In this document: positions 52,520-63,406 of the stretch, in pieces
How the letters are laid out: every line of letters starts with the position of its first letter
Position numbering within the stretch: the stretch's first letter is position 1
Notes under the pieces: generated by a model
What the model saw: only the letters and a program-made list of their open reading frames with translations
Told to the model about the DNA's origin: nothing
The model's database searches: none
Assembly: GCA_965203805.1 (NCBI GenBank)
Contig: OZ241917.1
Coordinates: 256,001 to 320,000, forward strand
Length of the DNA: 64,000 bases
Direction of reading: 5' to 3'
From: Candidatus Latescibacterota bacterium
GTDB lineage: Bacteria > Latescibacterota > UBA2968 > GCA-2709665
Translations under genes and position numbers: made by a program

Positions 52520-52730
52520 ACTCCAAGATGAGATATCCCGTGGGTTAACCCACCTGAAGGCTCCTTGTAGACTACAAGGTCGATAGGTCGCAGGTGTAAG
52601 CGCAGCAATGCGTTCAGCCGAGCGATACTAATCAGCCGTGCGGCTTGATCAATTAATGGCTTCTCGGCGGATCGCCTGTGCGTTCTGTATGCAGCGAGAT
52701 CCTGTTCCGTATTCGGTTGTCTCTTTTGTT

Positions 52731-52850
<120 letters not shown>

Positions 52851-52854
52851 ACTC

Positions 52855-52902
52855 CAACAGGGTCCGGGATTCGGACGAATCCCGGACCCTGTTGACGTTT
52901 TT
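52855..52902 (+). terminator. rrn operon terminator
   Basis: 18-bp stem CAACAGGGTCCGGGATTC-GGAC-GAATCCCGGACCCTGTTG, then ACG and a T-tract. Confidence 0.8.
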
Positions 52903-53064
52903 GCAGGAAGAAAGTATGCCTTGACATGCGTGGTGATTCTATTTTAATTACCGGCTTCGTGTCTGAGATGATCTGTACGGCCGGCTGTCGTTCGTGCCAG
53001 GATCGGATCACTGGCGGGCGGCGGACACGCCGCCGCTTTTCCGGGTAATCACAGGAGGAGGCGC

Positions 53065-55155
53065 GTGAATATCGAGACGCCTGACAGGATACGGAACATC
53101 GCCCTGGTGGGACACAGCAGTACGGGAAAGACCTCGTTGGCCGAAGCCTTGATTTTCGCGGCCGGCGGAAGCAATCGGCTGGGGACCATCGATGCCGGCA
53201 CCACCATGTCGGATTTCACAGAAGCGGAAATCGCCCGCAAGATCTCCATCAGCATGTCAATGCTGCACTGCGGTTGGAAGGGCAATAAAATCAACATTTT
53301 AGATGCTCCAGGCTATGCTGATTTCATTGGCGACGCCAAGGCGGCGCTTTGGGCGGCGGACAATGCGGTTCTGCTTGTCCACGCGGCCAACGGCGTGGAG
53401 ATCGGGACGGACAAGGCGTGGGGATTTGCAGAATCCTTCGGACGACCGCGTCTGTTTTTTGTCAACCACGTCGACAAGGAATTCGCCGACTTCGAAAGCG
53501 TATTGAATGCACTCCAGGAGCAGTACGGGCGACGCGTGCTTCCGTTTCAAATGCCCGTCAACCAGGGCGCGGGCTTTAACCGGATCATCGACATTCTGCA
53601 TCGGAGGCTGCTGACCTATCCGGCCGACGGCAGCGGAAAGCCCGAAGTTGGCGAAGTGCCTGCCGAACATCGCGATGATGTCGAGTCCCTGAGAGAGCAG
53701 ATCGTCGAAGCGGCGGCTGAAAGCGACGATGAATTGACGGAGAAATACCTGGAGGATCTGGACCTTTCGGAAGAGGACCTCCTGCGCGGGCTGAAGGTCG
53801 CCATTATGAACGGAACGACGGTCCCGGTCCTTTGCGGCGATGCCTCCTCGAACATCGGAACGGATCGATTGCTCGATTTTCTCGTTGACAACATGATGGC
53901 TCCGTCTGAAATGCCCGCCACCTGTGGACGGTTGCTCGCCAAGGACGAATCGACCGACCTTCTGCCGTCGGCGGATGCGCCGCTCGCCGCCGTGGTATTC
54001 AAGACCGTGTCCGAAACCGTCGGCGACCTCTCCTTCGTGCGCGTATTCTCCGGGACGTTGCCGGCATCCTCCGAGGTATACAATTCGAGCGCAAAAACAG
54101 TCGAACGGGCCGGGCAAATCTACACCCTGAACGGTCAGAATCGCGAGGAGATCGAATCCATTTCCGCCGGCGATATGGGGGCGCTGGTCAAGCTGAAGGA
54201 TACGCACAGCGGCAATACGCTGTGCAGTCGCCGGGACGCCGTCGAGGTTTTGCCTCTGGAGTTCCCTCATCCGCTGATCCGTATCGCTCTCGAGCCGAAG
54301 TCACGAGGTGACGAAGAAAAGATCAGTATGGGATTGCAGCGTATTCACGAAGAGGATCCCAGTTTCATCGCCGGGTACGATCCCGAACTGAAACAGATCA
54401 TCGTTCAGGGCCAGGGAGAATTGCACCTGGATGTCGTTCTCGACAAACTGAAGCAGAAATTCGGCGTTGAGGTCAATACGGTTCAGCCGAGGATCCCGTA
54501 CCGGGAGACAATTACCGCACATGCCGAGGGGCACCACCGGCACAAGAAACAGACCGGCGGGCGCGGTCAGTTCGGCGAGGCCTACCTGCGAATCGAGCCC
54601 TCGAACCGTGGCGACGGATATGAGTTTCAGGACGAGGTGGTTGGCGGCGCCATTCCACGCAACTATATTCCCGCGGTCGAAAAAGGGGTGGTCGAAGCCA
54701 TCCAGCGTGGTGTGCTTGCCGGCTACAACGTTGTGGATACGCGGGTCACGGTCTACGACGGATCGTATCACCCGGTAGATTCCTCCGAAATGGCTTTCCA
54801 CATGGCGGGTTCCCAGGCCTTCCAGAAGGCGTTCATGAACGCCAGGCCGATTCTTCTTGAGCCCATTTATCGTGTTACGGTAATGGTGCCTGATAGATAC
54901 ATGGGGGACGTGATGGGCGACCTGAACAGCCGTCGGGGGCGGATCCAGGGCATGGACCCCGAAGGCAGCTTTCAGGTTATCCACGCGGAGGTACCGCTGG
55001 CGGAGCTGTACAAATACTCCACGTCGCTTCGTTCGATGACGCAGGGCACCGGTGATTATACGATGGAGTTCGACCATTACGAACCCGTACCCGCCGATCT
55101 GACCCGCAAGATCGTAGAAGCCTCGAAGAAGGAGGGCGAAGCCGTAGAGGCGTAA
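53065..55155 (+). CDS. fusA: Elongation factor G paralog (EF-G2 type)
   Basis: RNIALVGHSSTGKT, DAPG, GELHL, KKQTGGRGQFG, DGSYHPVDSSEMAF, LLEP; outside the str operon. Confidence 0.92.
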   Translation: MNIETPDRIRNIALVGHSSTGKTSLAEALIFAAGGSNRLGTIDAGTTMSDFTEAEIARKISISMSMLHCGWKGNKINILDAPGYADFIGDAKAALWAADNAVLLVHAANGVEIGTDKAWGFAESFGRPRLFFVNHVDKEFADFESVLNALQEQYGRRVLPFQMPVNQGAGFNRIIDILHRRLLTYPADGSGKPEVGEVPAEHRDDVESLREQIVEAAAESDDELTEKYLEDLDLSEEDLLRGLKVAIMNGTTVPVLCGDASSNIGTDRLLDFLVDNMMAPSEMPATCGRLLAKDESTDLLPSADAPLAAVVFKTVSETVGDLSFVRVFSGTLPASSEVYNSSAKTVERAGQIYTLNGQNREEIESISAGDMGALVKLKDTHSGNTLCSRRDAVEVLPLEFPHPLIRIALEPKSRGDEEKISMGLQRIHEEDPSFIAGYDPELKQIIVQGQGELHLDVVLDKLKQKFGVEVNTVQPRIPYRETITAHAEGHHRHKKQTGGRGQFGEAYLRIEPSNRGDGYEFQDEVVGGAIPRNYIPAVEKGVVEAIQRGVLAGYNVVDTRVTVYDGSYHPVDSSEMAFHMAGSQAFQKAFMNARPILLEPIYRVTVMVPDRYMGDVMGDLNSRRGRIQGMDPEGSFQVIHAEVPLAELYKYSTSLRSMTQGTGDYTMEFDHYEPVPADLTRKIVEASKKEGEAVEA

Positions 55156-55179
55156 GTCGGAACGATGAACCGACGGCCT

Positions 55180-55218
55180 CAGGGCGATGTCCTCCTGGAC
55201 ATCGCCCTGCGTTTTTTT
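55180..55218 (+). terminator. Intrinsic terminator after EF-G2
   Basis: CAGGGCGATGTCC-TCCT-GGACATCGCCCTG, then CG and T7. Confidence 0.85.
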
Positions 55219-55669
55219 CCGGCAGACCGTACTGCGTAACGGGTTGACCTCGGAATCATGCAGAGATTCGGCGGGGGCAACGCGTTGGTGCAACCGGTAC
55301 CGGACGACGGACGGTCGCATCGCCCGGAATTCATCTCGCGGCCCGGTGCTTCAATGCGGTGTGGAGCCCGAATCGTCGAAGGCGAATATGCATCTGAAAT
55401 CGCTCCTTTTAGTATTGCCTAAATATCTATTTGTTTCTATATTATCAAATAGTTACGGCGATTTTTCGTGAAGGGTTCCTTACCAGACCGTTGAGAGAGT
55501 TGCTCTGCAGGCGAGGCCGAGCCATTGTGGTCGAAGACACGGCGCATGACCGATCGAATCCTGGGATTCGTGGCGGGAGTGCAACGCAGTAATTCGGTCA
55601 GACGGGCCGGCCGCAACCCGGTTGGACTTTTCCAACGGGTGTTAGCCAACGGAAGGAGGTGGGCGGTCT

Positions 55670-56422
55670 ATGGCCGGTCATTCGAAATGGGCGAATATCA
55701 AGCACAGGAAAGGACGCGCGGATGCCGCCCGCGGCAAGCTGTTCACCAGGCTGATCAGGGAAATCACGGTAACCGCAAGGGAGGGGGGCGGGGACGAGGC
55801 GAATAACCCGCGGCTGAGGGCCGCCATTTTGAACGCCAAGTCGGAGAATATGCCGGCCGCCAACATCGAGCGCGCCGTAAAGAAGGGAACCGGCGACCTG
55901 CCGGGCGAATCCTACGAGTCGGCGGTCTACGAAGGATACGGCCCAGGAGGTGTCGCCATTTTCATCGAGGTGTTGACGGACAACAAGAACCGCGCGGTAT
56001 CCCAGGTGCGGCACCTGCTCAACAAGTACAATGCCAGCATGGCCGAAAGTGGTTCGGTAGCCTGGGTTTTCGATCAGAAGGGGCTGGTTGTCGTGTCGCG
56101 AGACAGTGTCGATGAAGACACGTTGATGACGGCCGCCCTCGAAGCCGGCGCTGAAGACATCGTTGAAGACGACGCCGTGTACGAGATTTACACGCCGGCG
56201 CAGGGCTTCGACGCGGCGCAAAAGGCGCTTGCGGCGCAGCAGATTCCCGTTGAACGCGCAGAGTTGACGCGGGTGCCGCAGAATACGGTTCCCATTGAGG
56301 GAACGACAGCGGCCCAGGTGATTCGGCTCCTGGAGATGCTGGAATCCCAGGACGACGTACAGCGGGTCTATGCGAATTTCGAAATGGATGATGAGCAACT
56401 CGCCGCATTGATTTCGCCATAG
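55670..56422 (+). CDS. yebC: YebC/PmpR family protein
   Basis: MAGHSKWANIKHRK, YEGYGPGG, TDNKNR, DDVQRVYAN. Confidence 0.96.
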   Translation: MAGHSKWANIKHRKGRADAARGKLFTRLIREITVTAREGGGDEANNPRLRAAILNAKSENMPAANIERAVKKGTGDLPGESYESAVYEGYGPGGVAIFIEVLTDNKNRAVSQVRHLLNKYNASMAESGSVAWVFDQKGLVVVSRDSVDEDTLMTAALEAGAEDIVEDDAVYEIYTPAQGFDAAQKALAAQQIPVERAELTRVPQNTVPIEGTTAAQVIRLLEMLESQDDVQRVYANFEMDDEQLAALISP

Positions 56423-56523
56423 ACGGCCCGTCCCGCTTGCGGGATTGAGCACGGATTCCTCGCGCGGCCCCCGATATCCTGAACGCTCATCGATTACAGA
56501 CTGCACCCGGAAAGGCGGATCCA

Positions 56524-57156
56524 TTGCGTGTCATAGGTATCGACCCGGGCAGCGTCGTCACCGGTTACGGTGTTGTGGAAGCCCGGCGCCGGGAGAGCCG
56601 GCTGGTCGCGTGCGGGGGCCTGCGCCCCGACGCAAGCCTTTCTTTTGCCCGGCGGCTGCTGGAGATTCACGATGGCGTGCTGCGGCTGGTTGAAGAATAC
56701 GCGCCTGACGAGGTTGCCGTCGAACACGCCTTTTATCAGGCCAACGTAAAAACCCTGATGAAGATGTGCGAAGCCCGCGGGGCAATCATGGTGGCGCTCG
56801 CCCGGTCCGACCGTCCCGTCTTCGAATACGCGCCCCGGGAGGTAAAGCAGGCCGTCGTGGGTCGCGGGGGCGCATCCAAGGAACAGGTTCAGTTCATGAT
56901 GCGAAATCTGTTCGGCGAGAAGCGTGTGACGGGTACGTACGACGTCACCGACGCGCTGGCTGTTGCGGTGTGCCACGTGAACCGGCTTCGATCACCGGGA
57001 AATCACGGCCGGAGTGAAGGCTCCGCCCGCGAAAAGGGGACGGCGATCGTCGCGGGTCGCGCGCCAGAAGGCCGGATGGACCGCTTGAATGAGAAGCTCT
57101 CGCAACTGGGCGTCGACAGGGTCCGGGCAACCGGGACGAAACGAAGGGGTCGGTAG
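56524..57156 (+). CDS. ruvC: Holliday junction endonuclease RuvC
   Basis: IGIDPG..TGYG, VAVE, EARG, VKQAV, DVTDALAVA; TTG start. Confidence 0.94.
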   Translation: MRVIGIDPGSVVTGYGVVEARRRESRLVACGGLRPDASLSFARRLLEIHDGVLRLVEEYAPDEVAVEHAFYQANVKTLMKMCEARGAIMVALARSDRPVFEYAPREVKQAVVGRGGASKEQVQFMMRNLFGEKRVTGTYDVTDALAVAVCHVNRLRSPGNHGRSEGSAREKGTAIVAGRAPEGRMDRLNEKLSQLGVDRVRATGTKRRGR

Positions 57157-57160
57157 TTGA

Positions 57161-57754
57161 ATGTTCGCCTATCTCGAAGGCAAGCTGGCCGAGAACAGCC
57201 CAACGCATCTGGTTATCGACGTTGCAGGTGTAGGTTATTACGTTCACATTCCGTCATCAAGCTATAACGCCAGCCGGGCGCCGGGCGAAAACCTCAGAAT
57301 ATTGACCCATCTGCACGTCCGCGAGGATGCACTGACGGTCTATGGGTTCGCAACGGAGGCCGAGCGGGACCTGTTCGAGTTGTTGATCTCGGTTTCGGGC
57401 ATCGGGCCCCCGCTGGCCCAGAAGGTTCTTTCCGGCGTTCAAATCCGGGTTTTTCGCAGGCTGGTGGCGTCTGAAGATGCCCGCGGACTCACGCAGATCA
57501 AGGGGATCGGCCGGAAACTGGCGGAGCGGCTGGTGCTGGAATTGAAGGACCGGATCGGCGATGTTCCCGATGATGACATCCGGGGCCGGGTCTCACCCGA
57601 GGTTGCGGAAAGGGCTGAGGAAGCGGCAACGGCGCTTACGGGTCTGGGCGTCCCCCGGATTCAGGCGCACAGCGTGGTGAACCGAGTGATTGCCGACCAG
57701 GGTAACGAGGCGCCCGTAGAAGAGATTATTCGAGAGGCGCTCCGGCGACTGTAG
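57161..57754 (+). CDS. ruvA: Holliday junction branch migration protein RuvA
   Basis: GVGY, HVREDA..YGF, VSGIGP, IKGIGRK. Confidence 0.95.
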   Translation: MFAYLEGKLAENSPTHLVIDVAGVGYYVHIPSSSYNASRAPGENLRILTHLHVREDALTVYGFATEAERDLFELLISVSGIGPPLAQKVLSGVQIRVFRRLVASEDARGLTQIKGIGRKLAERLVLELKDRIGDVPDDDIRGRVSPEVAERAEEAATALTGLGVPRIQAHSVVNRVIADQGNEAPVEEIIREALRRL

Positions 57755-57806
57755 CGACGGTCGGGAGCATGTACGGATCCCGTTCGATAACGAAAGACAG
57801 ACCGGC

Positions 57807-58829
57807 ATGGATCAACGGATAAGCGATCCCGATATGCAGGACCGGGACCGAATTGAAGGCGAAGACCAGTTACGCCCGGGGCGATTCGCCGACATGACCG
57901 GACAGGAGAAGGTCAAGGAAAAACTGCGGATTGCGGTGGATGCGGCAATGCACCGGGGAGACGCCATGGACCACGCGCTTCTGTACGGTCCACCGGGGCT
58001 GGGTAAGACGACACTGGCATACGTGGTCGCCAACGAACTCGGGGCCGAAATTGCACCGACTTCCGGGCCCGTGCTCGAACGCGCCGCGGATCTTGCCGGC
58101 CTGCTGACCAATCTGGGCGAAAAAGACGTCCTCTTCATTGACGAGATTCATCGGATGAACCGGGTTGTGGAGGAAACGCTGTATCCCGCGATGGAGGACT
58201 TCGTGCTGGACATTATGCTCGACAGCGGACCCGGGGCGCGTTCTTACCGGGTGCCCCTCGACCGGTTTACGCTCATCGGCGCCACCACGCGCTACGGCCT
58301 CCTGACCGGTCCGATGCGGGACCGGTTCGGGATCGTCGAACGGCTGGACTTTTATACCGAACCGGAATTGCAGACCATCGTCGAGCGCGCTTCACGAATA
58401 CTGAAAATCGACATTCAGCCGGAGGGGGCCTTCGAAATTGCGCGCCGGTCTCGGGGTACCGCGCGAATCGCGACCCGGTTGTTGCGTCGATCGCGGGATT
58501 ACGCGCAGGCGCGCGCGCAGGGAACGATTACGCTCGACGTTGCGGGTCGCGCATTGGAACTGGCCGACATAGATAACGAAGGGCTGGACGAGATGGACCG
58601 CCGGCTTCTTGCCCTGCTGGTCGAGAAGTACGGCGGCGGTCCGGTTGGCCTGAACAACCTGGCCGCGGCCCTGGGCGAAGAATCCGATACCATTGAGGAC
58701 GTCTACGAGCCGTACCTTATTCAGGAAGGTTATCTGCTGCGTACCCACAGGGGGCGCCAGGCCACGGCGCTGGCCTATCGTCACCTTGGACTAACCCCGC
58801 CGGAGGGAAATCAGGGGCGCCTGTTGTGA
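57807..58829 (+). CDS. ruvB: Holliday junction helicase RuvB
   Basis: [38 protein letters not shown]. Confidence 0.97.
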   Translation: MDQRISDPDMQDRDRIEGEDQLRPGRFADMTGQEKVKEKLRIAVDAAMHRGDAMDHALLYGPPGLGKTTLAYVVANELGAEIAPTSGPVLERAADLAGLLTNLGEKDVLFIDEIHRMNRVVEETLYPAMEDFVLDIMLDSGPGARSYRVPLDRFTLIGATTRYGLLTGPMRDRFGIVERLDFYTEPELQTIVERASRILKIDIQPEGAFEIARRSRGTARIATRLLRRSRDYAQARAQGTITLDVAGRALELADIDNEGLDEMDRRLLALLVEKYGGGPVGLNNLAAALGEESDTIEDVYEPYLIQEGYLLRTHRGRQATALAYRHLGLTPPEGNQGRLL

Positions 58830-58938
58830 GAAGCTGTCTCAAAATCCCCAGCGGTCTTCGCGCCTGCCTGCTGCCGCAGGCAAGGCAGGCGGCTGCAAGA
58901 GCGCCGGTCGGGACTCACCGGGAATTTCAAACAGTTTC
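58830..58938. mobile_element. Putative MITE (109 bp) with imperfect TIRs and TGA target duplication
   Basis: GAAGCTGTCTCAAAATCCC vs reverse-complemented right end GAAACTGTTTGAAATTCCC (15/19); TGA on both flanks; internal GCCTGCC..GGCAGGC hairpin. Confidence 0.5.
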
Positions 58939-58985
58939 TGAGCCGACGGAGCGTCTGCTGTCGTGACCCGGCGCCAGGCGGCGCG

Positions 58986-59669
58986 ATGTACGTATTGGGC
59001 ATTGAAACCTCGACACCTGTTTGCAGTGTCGGGCTGGTGGACGACGATCGGGTGCTCATGTCCTTTTCGCAGAATACCGGGCTGCGGCACTCGGAACGGA
59101 CCATGGCGATGGCTGAACGGGCCATGGCGGACGCGGGGGTCGAATTCGCGGACCTGGACGGCGTGGCCGTGGGGTCGGGGCCGGGTTCGTTTACTGGGCT
59201 GCGTATCGGCATGGCCGCGGCGAAGGGCCTGTGTTTCGCGTTGAACCTGCCGCTTCTTGCCGTGCCGACTCTGAAGGGCCTGGCGGCGCAGGTTGTCATT
59301 GAAGGGATGCCGGTTTGTGCAATGCTCGATGCCCGTCGCGGAAACGTCTATGCGGGCGTTTACAGCCTCGACGGCGGCTGTCTGGTCGCGCGCCATCCTG
59401 ACACGGCGGCGCCTCTCGACGAATTGATGCCGAGGCTGCCAGGACCGGTGCTGATTGTCGGCGAGGGCGGCGTGACATACCGGAACCGGATAAAGGAGTA
59501 TATGGGCAAGGACGCCCGGTTCGCTCCGGCGTTCACCCATCCCTGCGGTGCGTCCATCGCGCTATTGGGGGTCGAAAGCCTGCGGGCCGAAAACGCGGTC
59601 GACGCGACCACGGCGGAACCCGAATACCATCGCCTGAGTCAGGCGGAGCGTGCCGGAATTGCGCAATAG
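58986..59669 (+). CDS. tsaB: tRNA threonylcarbamoyladenosine biosynthesis protein TsaB
   Basis: LGIETST, HSE, GPGSFTGLRIG, DARRGNVY. Confidence 0.95.
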   Translation: MYVLGIETSTPVCSVGLVDDDRVLMSFSQNTGLRHSERTMAMAERAMADAGVEFADLDGVAVGSGPGSFTGLRIGMAAAKGLCFALNLPLLAVPTLKGLAAQVVIEGMPVCAMLDARRGNVYAGVYSLDGGCLVARHPDTAAPLDELMPRLPGPVLIVGEGGVTYRNRIKEYMGKDARFAPAFTHPCGASIALLGVESLRAENAVDATTAEPEYHRLSQAERAGIAQ

Positions 59670-59703
59670 CGCGGCGGTGCCCGCCACCGGGAGACCGAAT
59701 TCG

Positions 59704-60210
59704 ATGCGAGACAAGGCGACCTCCGATTGTACGCTCTGCGAAATGGACCCAGGGCATCTCAACGCTGTATTGGAAATCGAACGCGAGGGTTTCGCTGACC
59801 CTTGGGACAGAAGGGACTTTGAAGACGCGCTGAACCGGGACAACAGGTATTGCCCCATTTACCTGTGCGGCGAACGGGTCGTCGTATACGCGGTTGGCTT
59901 TGTTGTCGCCAGTGAATATCATCTGGCCAATCTTGCGGTACATCCCGGTCTCCGGCGCCGCGGACTCGGGCAGCGGTTTCTGGAGGCCGTGATGGAACGG
60001 TTGCCGGGTCGAAATGTGCAGATCGTAACCCTTGAGGTGCGCGTCTCCAATCGGTCCGCGATCGGGCTCTACGGAAAGCTGGGATTTCGCACGGTTGCGA
60101 TTCGTCGCGGATATTACCGCGCGACAGGGGAAGATGCGCTTGTGATGTTGAAAGCGCTGCATGGACGTCTTTCGGATCGCGTGAACGCCGCAGACGCGGC
60201 TTTACATTAA
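59704..60210 (+). CDS. rimI: Ribosomal protein S18 alanine N-acetyltransferase (start uncertain, 59650-59743)
   Basis: FADPW, NLAVHP..RRRGLG, LEVRVSN, LYGKLGF, RRGYY..GEDA. Confidence 0.9.
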   Translation: MRDKATSDCTLCEMDPGHLNAVLEIEREGFADPWDRRDFEDALNRDNRYCPIYLCGERVVVYAVGFVVASEYHLANLAVHPGLRRRGLGQRFLEAVMERLPGRNVQIVTLEVRVSNRSAIGLYGKLGFRTVAIRRGYYRATGEDALVMLKALHGRLSDRVNAADAALH

Positions 60211-60234
60211 TCTCAGTTTACAGGCGATCGGCGC

Positions 60235-61332
60235 ATGTTCAGCCACGCAGTCACGGGGCAGAAACGCCTGACAGAGCGGCTCGAACGGATGGCTCGCGGC
60301 CCGAATCTGCCGCACGCGCTCCTGTTTACCGGACCTGAGGGTGCGGGCAAGACTGCAGCGGCCCTCGAAATGGCGCGAAGCCTTTACTGCGACCAGGGGA
60401 GGGCAGGGTGCTGCGAGAATTGCCGGGGATGCAGAAAGACTGCGGGTTTGAACCACCCGGATCTTTCTCTTCTGTTTCCGTTTTCGGCGCGAACGCAGCC
60501 CGAAACGGAACGAGAGACGTTGCGGCAGGTCGCAAGCGATCCTTACGGCTATCCGTTGCCGGCCGACCACGCCACGCTTTCCATCGAGCAGATTCGAACG
60601 CTGCAGAAGCAGTTTGCGTACGGTGCGTTCGAGGGTGGGTGGCGGGTGGCGGTCATCCTGCACGCGGACCGGATGCGCGCGGAGGCAGCCAATGCGCTGC
60701 TGAAAACGCTGGAAGAACCGCCCTCACGGTCTCTGTTGATTCTAACCTCATCCACGCAGGAGACCCTGCTGCCGACCATCGTCTCCCGTTGCCAGTGGGT
60801 GGCGTTTCCGGCTGTGGCGGTTGACGATACGGCCCGAATGTTGATGGACGGGTCAGGTGTCGATGCCGATACGGCGATGTCCGTCGCACGTTCCTGCGGC
60901 GGAAACCTGAGGCGTGCACGGGACATGATCGAGAATGAAGTCGATGACCTGCAAGACAGGGCGTACCGGTTCCTGGCGGCGCTCCTGTGGGACGACGAGG
61001 GCAGAACCCATGCGGCGCTTGAAAAACTGGCTTCAGACCGGGATGAAGCCTTGCAGCTGCTCGGCGGCGCGGAAGCGTGGCTGCGGGACGCTCTGGTACT
61101 TCTTTATGGCGATTCCGGCAGCGTGACGCACAGTCGAAGGGTTGACGATATACGACGGCTGTCCCGCGCTTTCGGTCTTGAGGACTTGCAGCGTACGGCT
61201 GCAAAGATCGAGTCGCTGCGCGAGATGAATCGCCGCAACGTCAATCTCTACGTTGGCCTCGTTTCGCTCTGGCGTGAGATCAGGAGCGTAGGTAATCAGG
61301 TTGCGCACGGTCAGAACGCCAACTCAGTATGA
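60235..61332 (+). CDS. holB: DNA polymerase III subunit delta'
   Basis: HALLFTGPEGAGK, Cys cluster, HPD, AANALLKTLEEP, TIVSRCQ. Confidence 0.9.
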   Translation: MFSHAVTGQKRLTERLERMARGPNLPHALLFTGPEGAGKTAAALEMARSLYCDQGRAGCCENCRGCRKTAGLNHPDLSLLFPFSARTQPETERETLRQVASDPYGYPLPADHATLSIEQIRTLQKQFAYGAFEGGWRVAVILHADRMRAEAANALLKTLEEPPSRSLLILTSSTQETLLPTIVSRCQWVAFPAVAVDDTARMLMDGSGVDADTAMSVARSCGGNLRRARDMIENEVDDLQDRAYRFLAALLWDDEGRTHAALEKLASDRDEALQLLGGAEAWLRDALVLLYGDSGSVTHSRRVDDIRRLSRAFGLEDLQRTAAKIESLREMNRRNVNLYVGLVSLWREIRSVGNQVAHGQNANSV

Positions 61333-61496
61333 ACGATGAGGTGCCGGGCGTAATGCGGACGAAGGCCGGATCCGCCACCAGTGGTCTCTCGCGCTCTGAC
61401 GCTTCCGTCGTCTCGCGTCTGCCCTCTTACGGCGGGTTGGCTTCGACCGGCGGCGCGATCGCGGGCCGCCGGTCAGATACGGGGAAGGTTGGTTGA

Positions 61497-63401
61497 ATGG
61501 GGCGGTTCTACATAACAACCCCGATATACTATGTGAACGACGAGCCGCATCTGGGACACGCGTATACGACCATCATTGCGGATGTGTTTGCCAGATATCA
61601 TCGGTTTGCGGGCGACGACGTGCTGTTTCTGACCGGGACGGACGAGCACGGTCAGAAAGTGGCGCAGGCGGCCAAAGCCCGCGGCGTGGATCCGCAGGAT
61701 CATTGCGACGAAATGGTCGAACGCTTCCGCAGCCTCTGGTCGTTATTGAATGTCTCATACGATGACTTCATTCGCACAACCGAATCCAGGCACCGGCGCG
61801 TGGTACAGCGTATTCTCCAGCGCCTCTACGACGCCGGAGAAATCTACGCCGACGACTACGAGGGATGGTATTGCGTGCCGGACGAACGGTTCTGGACGGA
61901 GAAGGATCTGGTCGATGGGAAATGCCCGGAGTGCGGGCGGGAGGTGACGAGGATATCGGAGAAGAATTATTTCTTTCGAATGGGGAAATACCAGGCGTGG
62001 TTGACCGACCGCATCCGGAACGACTCGCGGCTTGTGCTTCCCGCCACACGCAGAAACGAGATGCTCGGCTTTTTGCGCCGGCCGCTGAACGACCTGTGCA
62101 TATCCCGCCCGAAGGCCCGGTTGTCATGGGGCATTCCGTTGCCATTCGACGAATCATACGTGTGTTACGTGTGGTTCGACGCGCTCATCAACTACATTAC
62201 GGCTGCGGGTTATCTTCAGAATACCGAAGCCTTCGCGCGGTGGTGGCCGGCTTCCTGCCATCTGATCGGCAAAGATATTCTGACGACCCATTGTATTTAC
62301 TGGCCGACGATGTTGAAGGCGATGGGCGTCGATACTCCCGAAACGGTGATGGCCCACGGGTGGTGGCTTGTCGACGAGGAGAAGATGAGCAAGTCACTGG
62401 GCAACGTGATACGTCCCCTGGATCTGGCGGAGAAATACGGCGTGGACGCTTTTCGGTATTTCCTCGTTCGCGAGATGGTGCTGGGTACGGACAGCACCTT
62501 CAGCGAAACGGGATTTATCCACCGGTACAATTCTGAGCTGGCGAACGATCTGGGCAACCTGCTGAATCGCACCGTGGTCATGGCATGCCGGTACCTGGAC
62601 GGACAGGTCCCCGAATCGGATGTGAATCACGCCGTACTTACCACGTTGAAGGAGCAGGCGCACCGCACGCTGGACGGCGTGATGGATGCGCTGGGTGACA
62701 TGAACCCCACTGGAATTCTGGATGCGATCTGGGACCTTGTTCGGCAGGCCAACCGGTTCGCGGAAGCGCAGGCGCCCTGGAACCTGGCCAGGGATCCGGA
62801 GAACCGGGTTATGCTGAAGGCGACGATCTACGGCCTTCTCGAAACCATGCGCTATCTGGCGGTGCTGCTCTTTCCGGTGCTGCCGGATAAGTCGGAAGAG
62901 ATGTGGGAGCAGATCGGTGCGGATGGCGATGTGAAAACGCAGACGATACAGGACCTTCGCCTCTGGGGCGGACTTCGCGCCGGAGCGCAGGTGAGTGCGG
63001 GCGGTCCGATTTTTCCCAGGATCGAATCTATAGAACAGGATTTCTCGGAGACATTTGAAATGGCTGAAAGCAACGAGGATCTGGTACCGTTCAAGGAGTT
63101 TCAGAAGCTCGAGTTTCGCGTGGCCAGGGTGGAGTCCGCCGAACGGGTCCCCGGCGCCGACCGGTTGCTGAAGCTGAGGGTCAGTCTGGGTGAAGAGCGT
63201 CGGCAGATCGTCGCCGGAGTCGCGAAACACTACCGCCCCGAATCGCTGATTGGCCGTCAGATTGTGGTGGTTGCGAATCTGGAGCCGGCGACAATCCGCG
63301 GGGTGGCGTCGGAAGGGATGCTGCTGGCGGCGTCGGCGGACGGGCGTGTCGCTCTGCTGCAGCCCGATGCCGATGTTCCCGACGGAGCGGAGGTGGGTTG
63401 A
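61497..63401 (+). CDS. metG: Methionine--tRNA ligase
   Basis: YITTPIYYVN, HLGH, KMSKS, C-terminal tRNA-binding domain. Confidence 0.97.
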   Translation: MGRFYITTPIYYVNDEPHLGHAYTTIIADVFARYHRFAGDDVLFLTGTDEHGQKVAQAAKARGVDPQDHCDEMVERFRSLWSLLNVSYDDFIRTTESRHRRVVQRILQRLYDAGEIYADDYEGWYCVPDERFWTEKDLVDGKCPECGREVTRISEKNYFFRMGKYQAWLTDRIRNDSRLVLPATRRNEMLGFLRRPLNDLCISRPKARLSWGIPLPFDESYVCYVWFDALINYITAAGYLQNTEAFARWWPASCHLIGKDILTTHCIYWPTMLKAMGVDTPETVMAHGWWLVDEEKMSKSLGNVIRPLDLAEKYGVDAFRYFLVREMVLGTDSTFSETGFIHRYNSELANDLGNLLNRTVVMACRYLDGQVPESDVNHAVLTTLKEQAHRTLDGVMDALGDMNPTGILDAIWDLVRQANRFAEAQAPWNLARDPENRVMLKATIYGLLETMRYLAVLLFPVLPDKSEEMWEQIGADGDVKTQTIQDLRLWGGLRAGAQVSAGGPIFPRIESIEQDFSETFEMAESNEDLVPFKEFQKLEFRVARVESAERVPGADRLLKLRVSLGEERRQIVAGVAKHYRPESLIGRQIVVVANLEPATIRGVASEGMLLAASADGRVALLQPDADVPDGAEVG

Positions 63402-63406
63402 GGACA

